DNA of 55,453 bases, taken from NCBI GenBank assembly GCA_037134395.1, contig JBAXMH010000001.1, positions 1 through 55,453 on the forward strand. The letters are read 5' to 3'. A model generated the notes under the pieces. It was not told where the DNA came from. It saw only the letters and a list, made by a program, of their open reading frames with translations, and made no database searches. Shown here in pieces: positions 31,788 through 39,623 of this stretch. This DNA comes from Chloroflexales bacterium. GTDB taxonomy: Bacteria > Chloroflexota > Chloroflexia > Chloroflexales > Chloroflexaceae. Position 1 is the first letter of the stretch. Every line of letters begins with the position of its first letter. The position numbers were made by a program, and so were the translations under genes.

Positions 31788-33494
31788 ATGTCCGAGCGAC
31801 TTGATATGACGAACACTAACGATATCGATTTGCTGCTTGACACGCTGCCGACCCATATCACTGATGCTATTGAGGCTGGCACGGATGACGTGGCGGATTT
31901 GCTTGAGATTGTGATCGATCTGGGACGACTGCCGGAGGCGCGCTACCGTGATGTGGAGCGATTTCTGAGTAACCGCGAGGTGACTCAGGAGGACATTGAC
32001 TATGTGATCGGGCGGATCGGTGAGTTTGGCGAGGATAACCGGGCTGGTATCCCGCGCACGCTGCATCGGATCTCGGCGATCCGTAATCGTCGCGGCACGG
32101 TGATCGGCCTGACCTGCCGGGTGGGCCGAGCAGTGTTTGGCACGGTGGTGATCATCCGCGATCTGGTGGAAACCGGAAAGAGCATCCTGCTGCTGGGCAA
32201 GCCGGGCACGGGCAAGACAACCCTGCTGCGTGAGACGGCCCGCGTGTTGGCGGAGGAGTTCCGCAAGCGGGTGGTGATTGTGGATACCTCAAACGAGATT
32301 GCGGGCGATGGCGACATCCCGCATCCTGGGATTGGACGGGCGCGGCGCATGCAGGTGCCTCGTCCAGCCGAGCAGCACGGGGTGATGATCGAGGCGGTGG
32401 AAAACCACATGCCTGAGGTAATCGTCATTGACGAGATCGGCACAGAGCTTGAGTCGCTGGCCGCACGCACGATTGCCGAGCGCGGCGTACAACTGGTGGG
32501 TACGGCTCACGGCAATACCCTCGACAACCTGATGATCAACCCGACGCTCTCGGATCTGGTGGGCGGTATCCAGGCAGTAACGCTTGGCGACGAGGAGGCA
32601 CGGCGACGCGGCACACAGAAGACGGTGCTGGAGCGCAAAGCCCCGCCGACCTTTGAGGTGCTGGTTGAGATCGAGAGTTGGGATAGCGTGACGGTCTACG
32701 ATGATGTGGCGGCGGCGGTGGACGCCATTTTGCGCGGCGAGAACCCACCCGCCGAACTGCGTTCGCGTGATGCAGACGGGGTTGTGCAGGTGGAGACGGT
32801 GGAGCGTGAGCGGATTGATGCGCCGTCCCTGGGCCGCCGTATGGCCCCAGGTCGAGGCAGTTCGGGCGGCGAACGGGGCGGCGGCGGTGAGCGCTTCGGT
32901 GGTGGTGAGCGGGGTAGCGGGCCGCGTCCGCGTGAGCGCAGCGGATCGGGCAGCGGTGCGAATGGTGCTGCTGGCCCAGGGGTGACGACCCAGCGGATCT
33001 TTCCGTTTGGGGTGAGTCGCAACCGGCTAGAGACGGCCATCGAGCGATTGCGCGTGCCTGCGGTGATTGTCCGTGAGATGAAAGACGCCTCGCTGGTGAT
33101 GACGTTGAAGAACTATTATCGCCAGAGCGCCCAGCGGCTTAAGCAGGCCGAGGAACACGGTGTACCCGTGTACGTGCTGCGGAACAATACAATCACACAG
33201 ATGGAGCGCCAGTTGGCCCAGGTGTTCAACCTGCGCGAGGTTGAGTCCGATGAGGGTGGGCAGTCTGAGGGCGATAGTGGGAAACGCACCAACGGCTCCG
33301 AAGTAATCGAGGATGCGATGGTCGAACTGGAGACGGCGATCGGCCAACTGATGAATGGTGAGCGCAGCATGATCGAACTGACGCCACGCAGCAGCTATAT
33401 CCGTCGGCTCCAGCACCAGATGGCCGACCGCTATAATCTGCGCTCGGAGAGTCGCGGCGACGATCCGAACCGGCGGGTGAAGATCTACAGATAA
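31788..33494 (+). CDS. AAA ATPase with C-terminal R3H domain (Ycf45/SpoIIIAA-like)
   Basis: [31 protein letters not shown]; C-terminal RRLQH R3H motif; Gly-rich linker. Confidence 0.88.
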   Translation: MSERLDMTNTNDIDLLLDTLPTHITDAIEAGTDDVADLLEIVIDLGRLPEARYRDVERFLSNREVTQEDIDYVIGRIGEFGEDNRAGIPRTLHRISAIRNRRGTVIGLTCRVGRAVFGTVVIIRDLVETGKSILLLGKPGTGKTTLLRETARVLAEEFRKRVVIVDTSNEIAGDGDIPHPGIGRARRMQVPRPAEQHGVMIEAVENHMPEVIVIDEIGTELESLAARTIAERGVQLVGTAHGNTLDNLMINPTLSDLVGGIQAVTLGDEEARRRGTQKTVLERKAPPTFEVLVEIESWDSVTVYDDVAAAVDAILRGENPPAELRSRDADGVVQVETVERERIDAPSLGRRMAPGRGSSGGERGGGGERFGGGERGSGPRPRERSGSGSGANGAAGPGVTTQRIFPFGVSRNRLETAIERLRVPAVIVREMKDASLVMTLKNYYRQSAQRLKQAEEHGVPVYVLRNNTITQMERQLAQVFNLREVESDEGGQSEGDSGKRTNGSEVIEDAMVELETAIGQLMNGERSMIELTPRSSYIRRLQHQMADRYNLRSESRGDDPNRRVKIYR

Positions 33495-33519
33495 GGTACA
33501 GACAGGCTATAATGTGCCT

Positions 33520-34212
33520 ATGGGCGTATTTATCACATTCGAGGGGCCGGAGGGTTCCGGCAAGAGTACACAGGCTCGTCTCCTCTACGAGCGGCTTCAG
33601 GCCATAGGCTACCCGGTGATCCTAACCCGTGAGCCGGGGGGCACCCGGATCAGCGAGTTGATCCGGCGGATCGTCGTGGATCTGCGGCATACAGAGATGG
33701 CACCGACAACCGAGACACTGCTCTTTTCGGCGGCGCGGGCACAACTGGTGAGCGAACTGGTGCGGCCTTACCTCAACACCGGCGGGATTGTCCTCTGTGA
33801 CCGCTACGCGGACTCGACCTTTGCCTACCAGGGCTATGGGCTCGGGCGCGATCTGGATGAACTTCAGGCGATCACGACGGTGGCGACGGGTGGGTTGATG
33901 CCGGATCTCACCCTCTATCTGGATCTGCCGGTGGAGGATGGCCTGCGGCGCAAGCAAGTGGCGAAGGAACGGGCTGAGCTGGGTGCGCCGGGGACGACGT
34001 TTAGCACGCCGCCGGAGTGGAACCGATTAGACGCCCGTGACCTGGCGTACCATCAGCGGGTGGCCGCCGGGTTTGCTGAGTTGATCCGCCAGGATCCTGA
34101 CCGCTGGCGCTCGTTCTCGGCGGATCAGCCTTTGGCTGAATTGGCGGAGCAGATAGCGCATGAGGTTGCGCCCTTGCTGAAGCGTGTCACGCGCCTGGGG
34201 GTATATCAATGA
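33520..34212 (+). CDS. tmk: Thymidylate kinase
   Basis: FITFEGPEGSGKSTQ, TREPGG, CDRYADSTFAYQGYG. Confidence 0.96.
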   Translation: MGVFITFEGPEGSGKSTQARLLYERLQAIGYPVILTREPGGTRISELIRRIVVDLRHTEMAPTTETLLFSAARAQLVSELVRPYLNTGGIVLCDRYADSTFAYQGYGLGRDLDELQAITTVATGGLMPDLTLYLDLPVEDGLRRKQVAKERAELGAPGTTFSTPPEWNRLDARDLAYHQRVAAGFAELIRQDPDRWRSFSADQPLAELAEQIAHEVAPLLKRVTRLGVYQ

Positions 34213-34535
34213 AACTGATATTTGCGGTGGTGCAGCATCAGGACGCCGGAAACCTTGTGGACGCTCTCACTGAGCAGAACTATCGGGTAACGCGGCTGAG
34301 CAGCCAAGGCGGATTCCTGCGCGAGGGAAATGTCACGCTGCTGCTGAGTGTGGATGACGCTCAGGTGAACATGGTGATCAAAACGGTGCGCGAACACTGC
34401 TCGACACGCACGCGCTATGTCTCTCCCATGCCGCCCATCGCCGAGTCCGGTGAGTTCTACCCGCCAGCGCCGCTGGAGGTGCAGGTGGGCGGGGCGACGG
34501 TCTTTGTGCTGAAGGCGGAAACGACGCGGCTGTAA
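34209..34535 (+). CDS. darA: Cyclic-di-AMP receptor, PII-like (DarA/PstA/YaaQ family)
   Basis: MKLIFAVVQ, SSQGGFLREGNVT, VGGATVFV; follows tmk as in Bacillus. Confidence 0.9.
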   Translation: MKLIFAVVQHQDAGNLVDALTEQNYRVTRLSSQGGFLREGNVTLLLSVDDAQVNMVIKTVREHCSTRTRYVSPMPPIAESGEFYPPAPLEVQVGGATVFVLKAETTRL

Positions 34536-34601
34536 CCAGGAGGCAGGCGGCAGGAGGCAGGAGGCTGAGGCCGCTTCTTGCTGCTGGCCTATTGAGGTTT
34601 C

Positions 34602-35117
34602 ATGGAAGCGATTCAGAAATTTCTGTCAGATCTGGTGCCGATTCTCCAGGCTTTAGGCGTGTTTCTTGGAGCCTACTTGGTGTTGCTCTGGGCGGCGTCG
34701 GTGCTGTGGGCCTATCGCGATATTCGACGGCGCAGCGAGGATGTGTCGGTGCAGGTGCTTGCTGTTGGCCTGGTGCTGCTGCTGCCCTTTGTCGGTATCC
34801 CACTGCACCTGATCCTGCGCCCGCCACAGACCTTGTCCGAAAAGTATGAACGCTCGCTTGAGGAAGAATACCTGCGCAATGATATTGAGGAGAAGTATGT
34901 CTGTCCGGAATGTCAGCGCCCAATTGAGCCAGACTTCATCCTCTGCCCGCACTGTAACACCTCCCTGCGCCGTCGCTGTAGCGGCTGTGCGCGGGTGGTC
35001 GATCTGACCTGGAGCATCTGCCCGTACTGCGGCGATGATGGTACAACTGCCTCGCGCCAGGCACCTACGATTCAGGCGAGCAACTACAGGCCACCGGTTG
35101 AGAAAACCACGCGCTAA
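34602..35117 (+). CDS. Membrane protein with double zinc ribbon
   Basis: Two hydrophobic segments, then CPEC, CPHC, CSGC, CPYC. Confidence 0.85.
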   Translation: MEAIQKFLSDLVPILQALGVFLGAYLVLLWAASVLWAYRDIRRRSEDVSVQVLAVGLVLLLPFVGIPLHLILRPPQTLSEKYERSLEEEYLRNDIEEKYVCPECQRPIEPDFILCPHCNTSLRRRCSGCARVVDLTWSICPYCGDDGTTASRQAPTIQASNYRPPVEKTTR

Positions 35118-35124
35118 TGTGAAC

Positions 35125-35346
35125 ATAGCCGATAGCCGATAGCCGATAGCCGATAGCCGATAGTACTATAGTTGTAAATATCTTCGCAGAAAGGCTCCCG
35201 CCGATCACCCCCCTCAATCCCCCCGCAAGCGGGGGGAGGTTGGCACGTATGTCCCCCCCCGCTTGCGGGGGGGCTAGGGGGGGTAAGCCAAACAAACTAC
35301 AATTGTCGTAATAGCCGATAGCCGATAGCCGGGCGTTAGCGGCTAT
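35125..35346. repeat. (ATAGCCG)n array interrupted by a cruciform REP/MITE-like insert
   Basis: 5 units 35125-35159, 3 units 35311-35331, inverted CGGCTAT 35340-35346; double-hairpin element 35207-35284. Confidence 0.8.
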
Positions 35347-35386
35347 TGTCGTCGGGCGTTATGCGCGAATTGCATGGACGGTTGGT

Positions 35387-36442
35387 GTGAGGTACCTCCT
35401 GATTCTCGTATTAGTTACCCAGATCATCGGCGTGGCGGATCAAGATCAAGCTGCCGGGTTTGGACAGAGCGAGACTGCTCAGGCGATGCAGTCCGCCAAT
35501 CCGTCGTCGGCGTACGGATCCCCCGCACTAGCGGCGACATTCTGCTATACCCCTTTCGCGTTGCCTCAGGTGAAGCTAAAGGATCACAGCCTTTTCGCCT
35601 TTGAGGGCTGGTACTATCTGGTTGCCACCCGCATTGATCTTCCCGCCCTCAATGACCGGGGCGAGTTCCAGTTTGCCTATGCCCGTACACGCAATTTCTG
35701 CACCTGGGAAGAATTGGCCACCCCGCTACGCCACGGTGGGCCAGGTGACGCGGATGAGGCGTATGTCTGGGCCCCCCACGTGATCACTGTGGGCAACACC
35801 TTCTACATGTACTACACCGGGGTGAATACGCAGATCGCCCAGACGATCATGCTGGCGACCAGCACGAACCCCGCCGACCCGCAAAGCCGGCAGAAGCAGG
35901 GGGTTGTTTTTCGCCCGCACCACCCTGATGCGCTCTATTCAGGGCCGACTACATGGTCCGATTGCCGCGATCCGATGGTGCTGGCGTACAACGGGCGCTA
36001 CTACCTCTACTACACCGGGGCCGACCGTAGCGGCCCGATCATCGGCGTGGCGATGGCCGATAATCCTGCTGGGCCGTGGTACGACCTGGGCGCAACCTAT
36101 CAGGCTGCTGAGCCGGGAAAAGTGCCCGAATCGCCGCATGTTATTGAGCAGAGCGGGCTGTTCTATATCTTCTACAACGCAACGGGATCTACCGGCAGCG
36201 GCACCCACTGGCGCTGGGCGGTGTCGCCATTTGGTCCCTGGCAACCTTCTGCCGCATTCCCGCTCGGGTGGGCGCACGAGTTCTACCGTGACGCGACCGG
36301 CCTGCGGTCGTCGTATGTCATTGGTAACGGACTCGCAATTGGGGTTGACGAGGTGATCTGGCGGCAGTCGGGTGTGTCTGCGCTGCCGCAGATCGGCACG
36401 CAGATCTATCTGCCCAATATGAACATAGCCGATAGCCGATAG
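35387..36442 (+). CDS. Secreted five-bladed beta-propeller glycoside hydrolase (GH43/GH32-like)
   Basis: Hydrophobic N-terminus, LKDHS, VWAPHV...YMYYTG, CRDPMV...YLYYTG, PESP; C-terminal IYLP. Confidence 0.8.
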   Translation: MRYLLILVLVTQIIGVADQDQAAGFGQSETAQAMQSANPSSAYGSPALAATFCYTPFALPQVKLKDHSLFAFEGWYYLVATRIDLPALNDRGEFQFAYARTRNFCTWEELATPLRHGGPGDADEAYVWAPHVITVGNTFYMYYTGVNTQIAQTIMLATSTNPADPQSRQKQGVVFRPHHPDALYSGPTTWSDCRDPMVLAYNGRYYLYYTGADRSGPIIGVAMADNPAGPWYDLGATYQAAEPGKVPESPHVIEQSGLFYIFYNATGSTGSGTHWRWAVSPFGPWQPSAAFPLGWAHEFYRDATGLRSSYVIGNGLAIGVDEVIWRQSGVSALPQIGTQIYLPNMNIADSR

Positions 36443-36556
36443 CCGGGTGTCCATGGCCATTTGCCCCTAGACAAGGTTTCAGATTGAGGCGAGATGCCTT
36501 CCACAGCCCCACAACCCCACACCTCCACATCGCGCAGTGTGTTAGGCTGTTGAGCT

Positions 36557-36760
36557 GTCGGGCTGTAGACCGAACAGTGATATACCCAAGGCTAAAGCTC
36601 TTGGGCTTCCTGCTTCATCGACTCGTGCCAGCCACAACGGTTGGGCTTACCGGGTCTCCACAGGCGTTTTGTGTCTCGGCGTAGCCCGCCGCGACATGTC
36701 TACCAGCAGAACGTGTGTGACCAGCTTGGTTTTCGCAAGGACACAAACGCCTACGTCTAC
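36557..36760 (-). ncRNA. TnpB-type omega-RNA (right-end RNA) scaffold plus flanking guide
   Basis: GCCTGTGGAGA...GAAGCAGGAAGCCC-hairpin-TCAC typical of tnpB right ends; internal promoter immediately upstream. Confidence 0.6.
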
Positions 36761-36906
36761 GACGGCAGTATACCAGGTTATTTGTTCTATTGCAAGCGGT
36801 TTGCGGCACGAGGAAGCCCTATGGCGAAGCTACAGCTAAAGCCGCTAAAGCGGATGAAGCCCTTATATCCCAGGGCTGAAGCTCCTGGGCTTTACGGGCT
36901 ATTTCT
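36577..36906 (-). mobile_element. Non-autonomous IS200/IS605-family element (PATE-like), 330 bp, no tnpA/tnpB
   Basis: Left end TTAC|...AAAG-CCCAGG..CCTGGG-ATA; right end GAAG-CCCAAG..CTTGGG-TATATCAC; same end architecture as IS608. Confidence 0.8.
36767..36795 (-). promoter_or_regulatory. Sigma70-type promoter inside the IS605-like element
   Basis: TTGCAA (36795-36790), 17-nt spacer ending TGG, TATACT (36772-36767). Confidence 0.7.
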
Positions 36907-36928
36907 GTAAAGCACCCACGAACCTTGT

Positions 36929-38329
36929 CTACAGATCAAACCCGCGATGGATGGCTCGCACCGCTTCGTCGCCGTCGGCGGCGGAGACGACGAGGGAGAT
37001 GTTGTTCTCGGTGCTGCCCTGGGCGATGGCGATCACATTGATCCCGGCGTTGCCCATGGCCCCGAAGACACGCCCGGCGATGCCTGGTGTGCCGCGCATA
37101 CCCGAGCCAACCACGGCCACGATCACCAGCGACTCTAGCACCTCGATATGCTCCACATCCTGGTCGGAGAACTCATCGGATAGCTCTTTGCGCAACTCGG
37201 CCTCAGCGGCGGCGGCCTCGGCGTGGGAGACAGCCAGGCAAACGCTCTGCTCGCTGCTGGCCTGCGAGATCAGCAGGATGTTGACGTGGGCACGGGCAAC
37301 CGCCCCGAAGATCCGCGCCGCCACCCCCGATAGGCCCAGCATCCCCGGCCCGCCCACGGTGATCATGCTCACATCCTTGATCGCCGTGACCGCACGGGCG
37401 GTGCGGTCGCCCCGACCTTCGCCGATCAGCGTGCCGGGGTGATCGGGGTTGAAGGTATTGCGGATGCGGATGGGAATGCGCCGCTGCACTAAGGGCTGCA
37501 CCGTCTTCGGATGCAGCACATTGGCTCCGTAGTAGGCCAGTTCGGCCATCTCGCTGTACGAAAGCATCCGCAGAGTGCGCGCCTCGGGCACGATCTTTGG
37601 GTTGGCCGTGAGTACGCCGTCAACTTCTTTCCAGAACCAGACCTCATCAACGTCAAGGCTGGCCCCGAGAATGGAGCAGGAGTAGTCGCTGCCGCCGCGC
37701 CCGAGGGTGGTGGGTACGCCAGTTCGCGTGGCTCCGATGAACCCGGTGACAACCGGCACAATACCGGATTCCAGCAGGGGCAGCAGGCGCTCACGCGTGC
37801 GCTCGGTGGTTTCCTCCATCAGTGGCGTGGCATTGCCGTAGCGTTCATCGGTGATAATCAGGTCGGTGGCGTCAATCGCCTGGGCCGGGATGCCCGCGCT
37901 GCGCAGGGCAGCAGCGATCAGGCGGGCATTGATTCGCTCACCCAGGCCACTAAACAGATCCAGTGCCCGTGGCGTCAGTTCGCCCAGCACCGCGATACTG
38001 CGCGACAGATTGCTCAGATAATCGAGCATGGCCCGCAGTTCCGGCTCAAGGGCGGCGCACTCGGCGGGCGAGGTTAGCTCGGCGGCGGCGCGCATGTGCA
38101 ACTCAAGCAGGCGCGGGGCCACGTGCGCTGTGGCATTGCCCTCGCCCCTGGCGGCCGCGTGGGCCGCAGCGATCAGCGAGTCGGTCGTGCGCAAGTCGGG
38201 GGCATTCATCGCCGACACCACCACCACAGCCTCGTGGTCGCGGTGAGTGGTACTCACAATCGCGGCAACCTGACGGATCGCATCGGCGCTGCCGACCGAA
38301 GTACCGCCAAATTTCATCACAACACGCAT
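36929..38329 (-). CDS. Aspartate kinase with two ACT domains
   Basis: VMKFGGTSVG, VVVSAM, TLGRGGSDYS, GANVLHP; GAGGA SD before ATG 38329. Confidence 0.95.
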   Translation of the reverse strand: MRVVMKFGGTSVGSADAIRQVAAIVSTTHRDHEAVVVVSAMNAPDLRTTDSLIAAAHAAARGEGNATAHVAPRLLELHMRAAAELTSPAECAALEPELRAMLDYLSNLSRSIAVLGELTPRALDLFSGLGERINARLIAAALRSAGIPAQAIDATDLIITDERYGNATPLMEETTERTRERLLPLLESGIVPVVTGFIGATRTGVPTTLGRGGSDYSCSILGASLDVDEVWFWKEVDGVLTANPKIVPEARTLRMLSYSEMAELAYYGANVLHPKTVQPLVQRRIPIRIRNTFNPDHPGTLIGEGRGDRTARAVTAIKDVSMITVGGPGMLGLSGVAARIFGAVARAHVNILLISQASSEQSVCLAVSHAEAAAAEAELRKELSDEFSDQDVEHIEVLESLVIVAVVGSGMRGTPGIAGRVFGAMGNAGINVIAIAQGSTENNISLVVSAADGDEAVRAIHRGFDL

Positions 38330-38343
38330 ACAATCCTCGACCA

Positions 38344-38371
38344 TAGAGACGCCCCGCCGGGGCGTCTCTAC
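38344..38371. repeat. Short GTAG-family REP palindrome
   Basis: TAGAGACGCCCC-GCC-GGGGCGTCTCTAC, 12-bp perfect stem. Confidence 0.75.
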
Positions 38372-38373
38372 CC

Positions 38374-39348
38374 TTAACACGATGGTATCAACAGTACTTT
38401 GCCCGCCGTGGCCCGGCCCTGGAGGGCAATGTGGGCATCGGCGGCGTTAGCCATGGGAAAGCGGCGATCTACCCGCACGCTTAGTGCGCCGGCAATCATC
38501 CAGCCAAATAGATCGCCCGCACGCCAGGCTAACTCCTCGGGCGTGGCGATATAGTGCCACAGAGTTGGCCTCGTCAGGAAGAGCGAACCCTTGCTGCTCA
38601 GCACCAGCGGACTAACTGCCGGGACGGAGCCGCTGGAGTTGCCGAATGTCACCATCATGCCGCGTGGGCGCAGGCAGTCCAGACTGCCCTCCCAGGTATC
38701 TTGGCCCACCGAGTCGTAGACCACATCCACGCCGCGCCCGCCGGTCAGTTCACGCACACGCGGGGCGAAGGGCTCGTCGCGGTAGAAGATGACATCGCTG
38801 GCCCCGGCGGCGCGGGCCAACTCGGCCTTCTCCGATGAGCCAACGGTGCCGATCACCCGCGCACCCAAATGACGCGCAATCTGCGTCAGCAGCAGACCAA
38901 CCCCGCCAGCCGCCGCATGGATCAGGCAGATCTCGCCCGCTTTGAGCGGGTAAGTGCTGTAGGCCAGATAGTGCGCAGTCATGCCCTGGAGCATGACAGC
39001 GGCGGCCAGATGCAGATCCACACCCTCGGGTACGGCGACAAGCTTATCGGCGGGGGCCAGGGCGTACTCGGCGTAGCCGCCCGCGCCCGAGGCGGTGGCA
39101 ACCCGATCATCCAGGGCGAAACTGCTCACCCCAGGGCCGAGGGCGTCCACCGTGCCCGCAAACTCGCCGCCGGGGGTGAAGGGCAGCGACAACGGGTAAA
39201 GCCCGGTGCGGTGGTAGGTCTCGATATAGTTTAAGCCGGTGGCCGCCACCTTCACGCGCACCTGGCCCGGCCCTGGATCGGGCGTGGGCACATCTTCATA
39301 GCGCAACACCTCCGGCCCGCCCGTCTCATGAATGCGGATCGCTCGCAT
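38374..39348 (-). CDS. qor: NADPH:quinone oxidoreductase (zeta-crystallin/Qor family)
   Basis: GGPEVL, LQGMTAHYL, HAAAGGVG, VVYDSVG, GSLFLTRP. Confidence 0.9.
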   Translation of the reverse strand: MRAIRIHETGGPEVLRYEDVPTPDPGPGQVRVKVAATGLNYIETYHRTGLYPLSLPFTPGGEFAGTVDALGPGVSSFALDDRVATASGAGGYAEYALAPADKLVAVPEGVDLHLAAAVMLQGMTAHYLAYSTYPLKAGEICLIHAAAGGVGLLLTQIARHLGARVIGTVGSSEKAELARAAGASDVIFYRDEPFAPRVRELTGGRGVDVVYDSVGQDTWEGSLDCLRPRGMMVTFGNSSGSVPAVSPLVLSSKGSLFLTRPTLWHYIATPEELAWRAGDLFGWMIAGALSVRVDRRFPMANAADAHIALQGRATAGKVLLIPSC

Positions 39349-39506
39349 CACTCCCTCCCATTGCAGATTGCAGATTGCAGATCCGTACCCCTGAAAAAAC
39401 TGAGCCTATGATAACAGCAATTCGCCCAGCGTCGCTCACTCGCTGACGGGAGACTAAATCTCCCGACGGGTGACTTTGACATGAACCTACGTATAAGGAC
39501 AATCTC

Positions 39507-39535
39507 TTGCCACCGCTATCGTAACAGGGTACAAT
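39507..39535 (+). promoter_or_regulatory. Putative sigma70 promoter of the hybrid kinase
   Basis: TTGCCA, 17-nt spacer, TACAAT. Confidence 0.55.
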
Positions 39536-39623
39536 TCAAAGCCATGTGAGACTCCTGCTGGCACGCCATCGAGTAGTAGGTCATTATCGTAAGTATCGCC
39601 TTGGGCAGCAACAGCACCACCTT

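Noticed and set aside
32860-32980. Gly-rich GGER repeats in the AAA-R3H gene as a separate repeat element
   Set aside because: In-frame low-complexity linker, common in RNA-binding proteins
35125-36445. CRISPR array
   Set aside because: Repeats are 7-nt tandem units without unique spacers, and no cas genes are present
36641-36910. 89-aa plus-strand ORF as a tnpA remnant
   Set aside because: No HUH or catalytic Tyr motif; it simply reads across the element's non-coding ends
39544-39549. ATG-TGA start-stop minigene just after the predicted kinase promoter
   Set aside because: A 6-nt pattern easily arises by chance, and there is no supporting evidence
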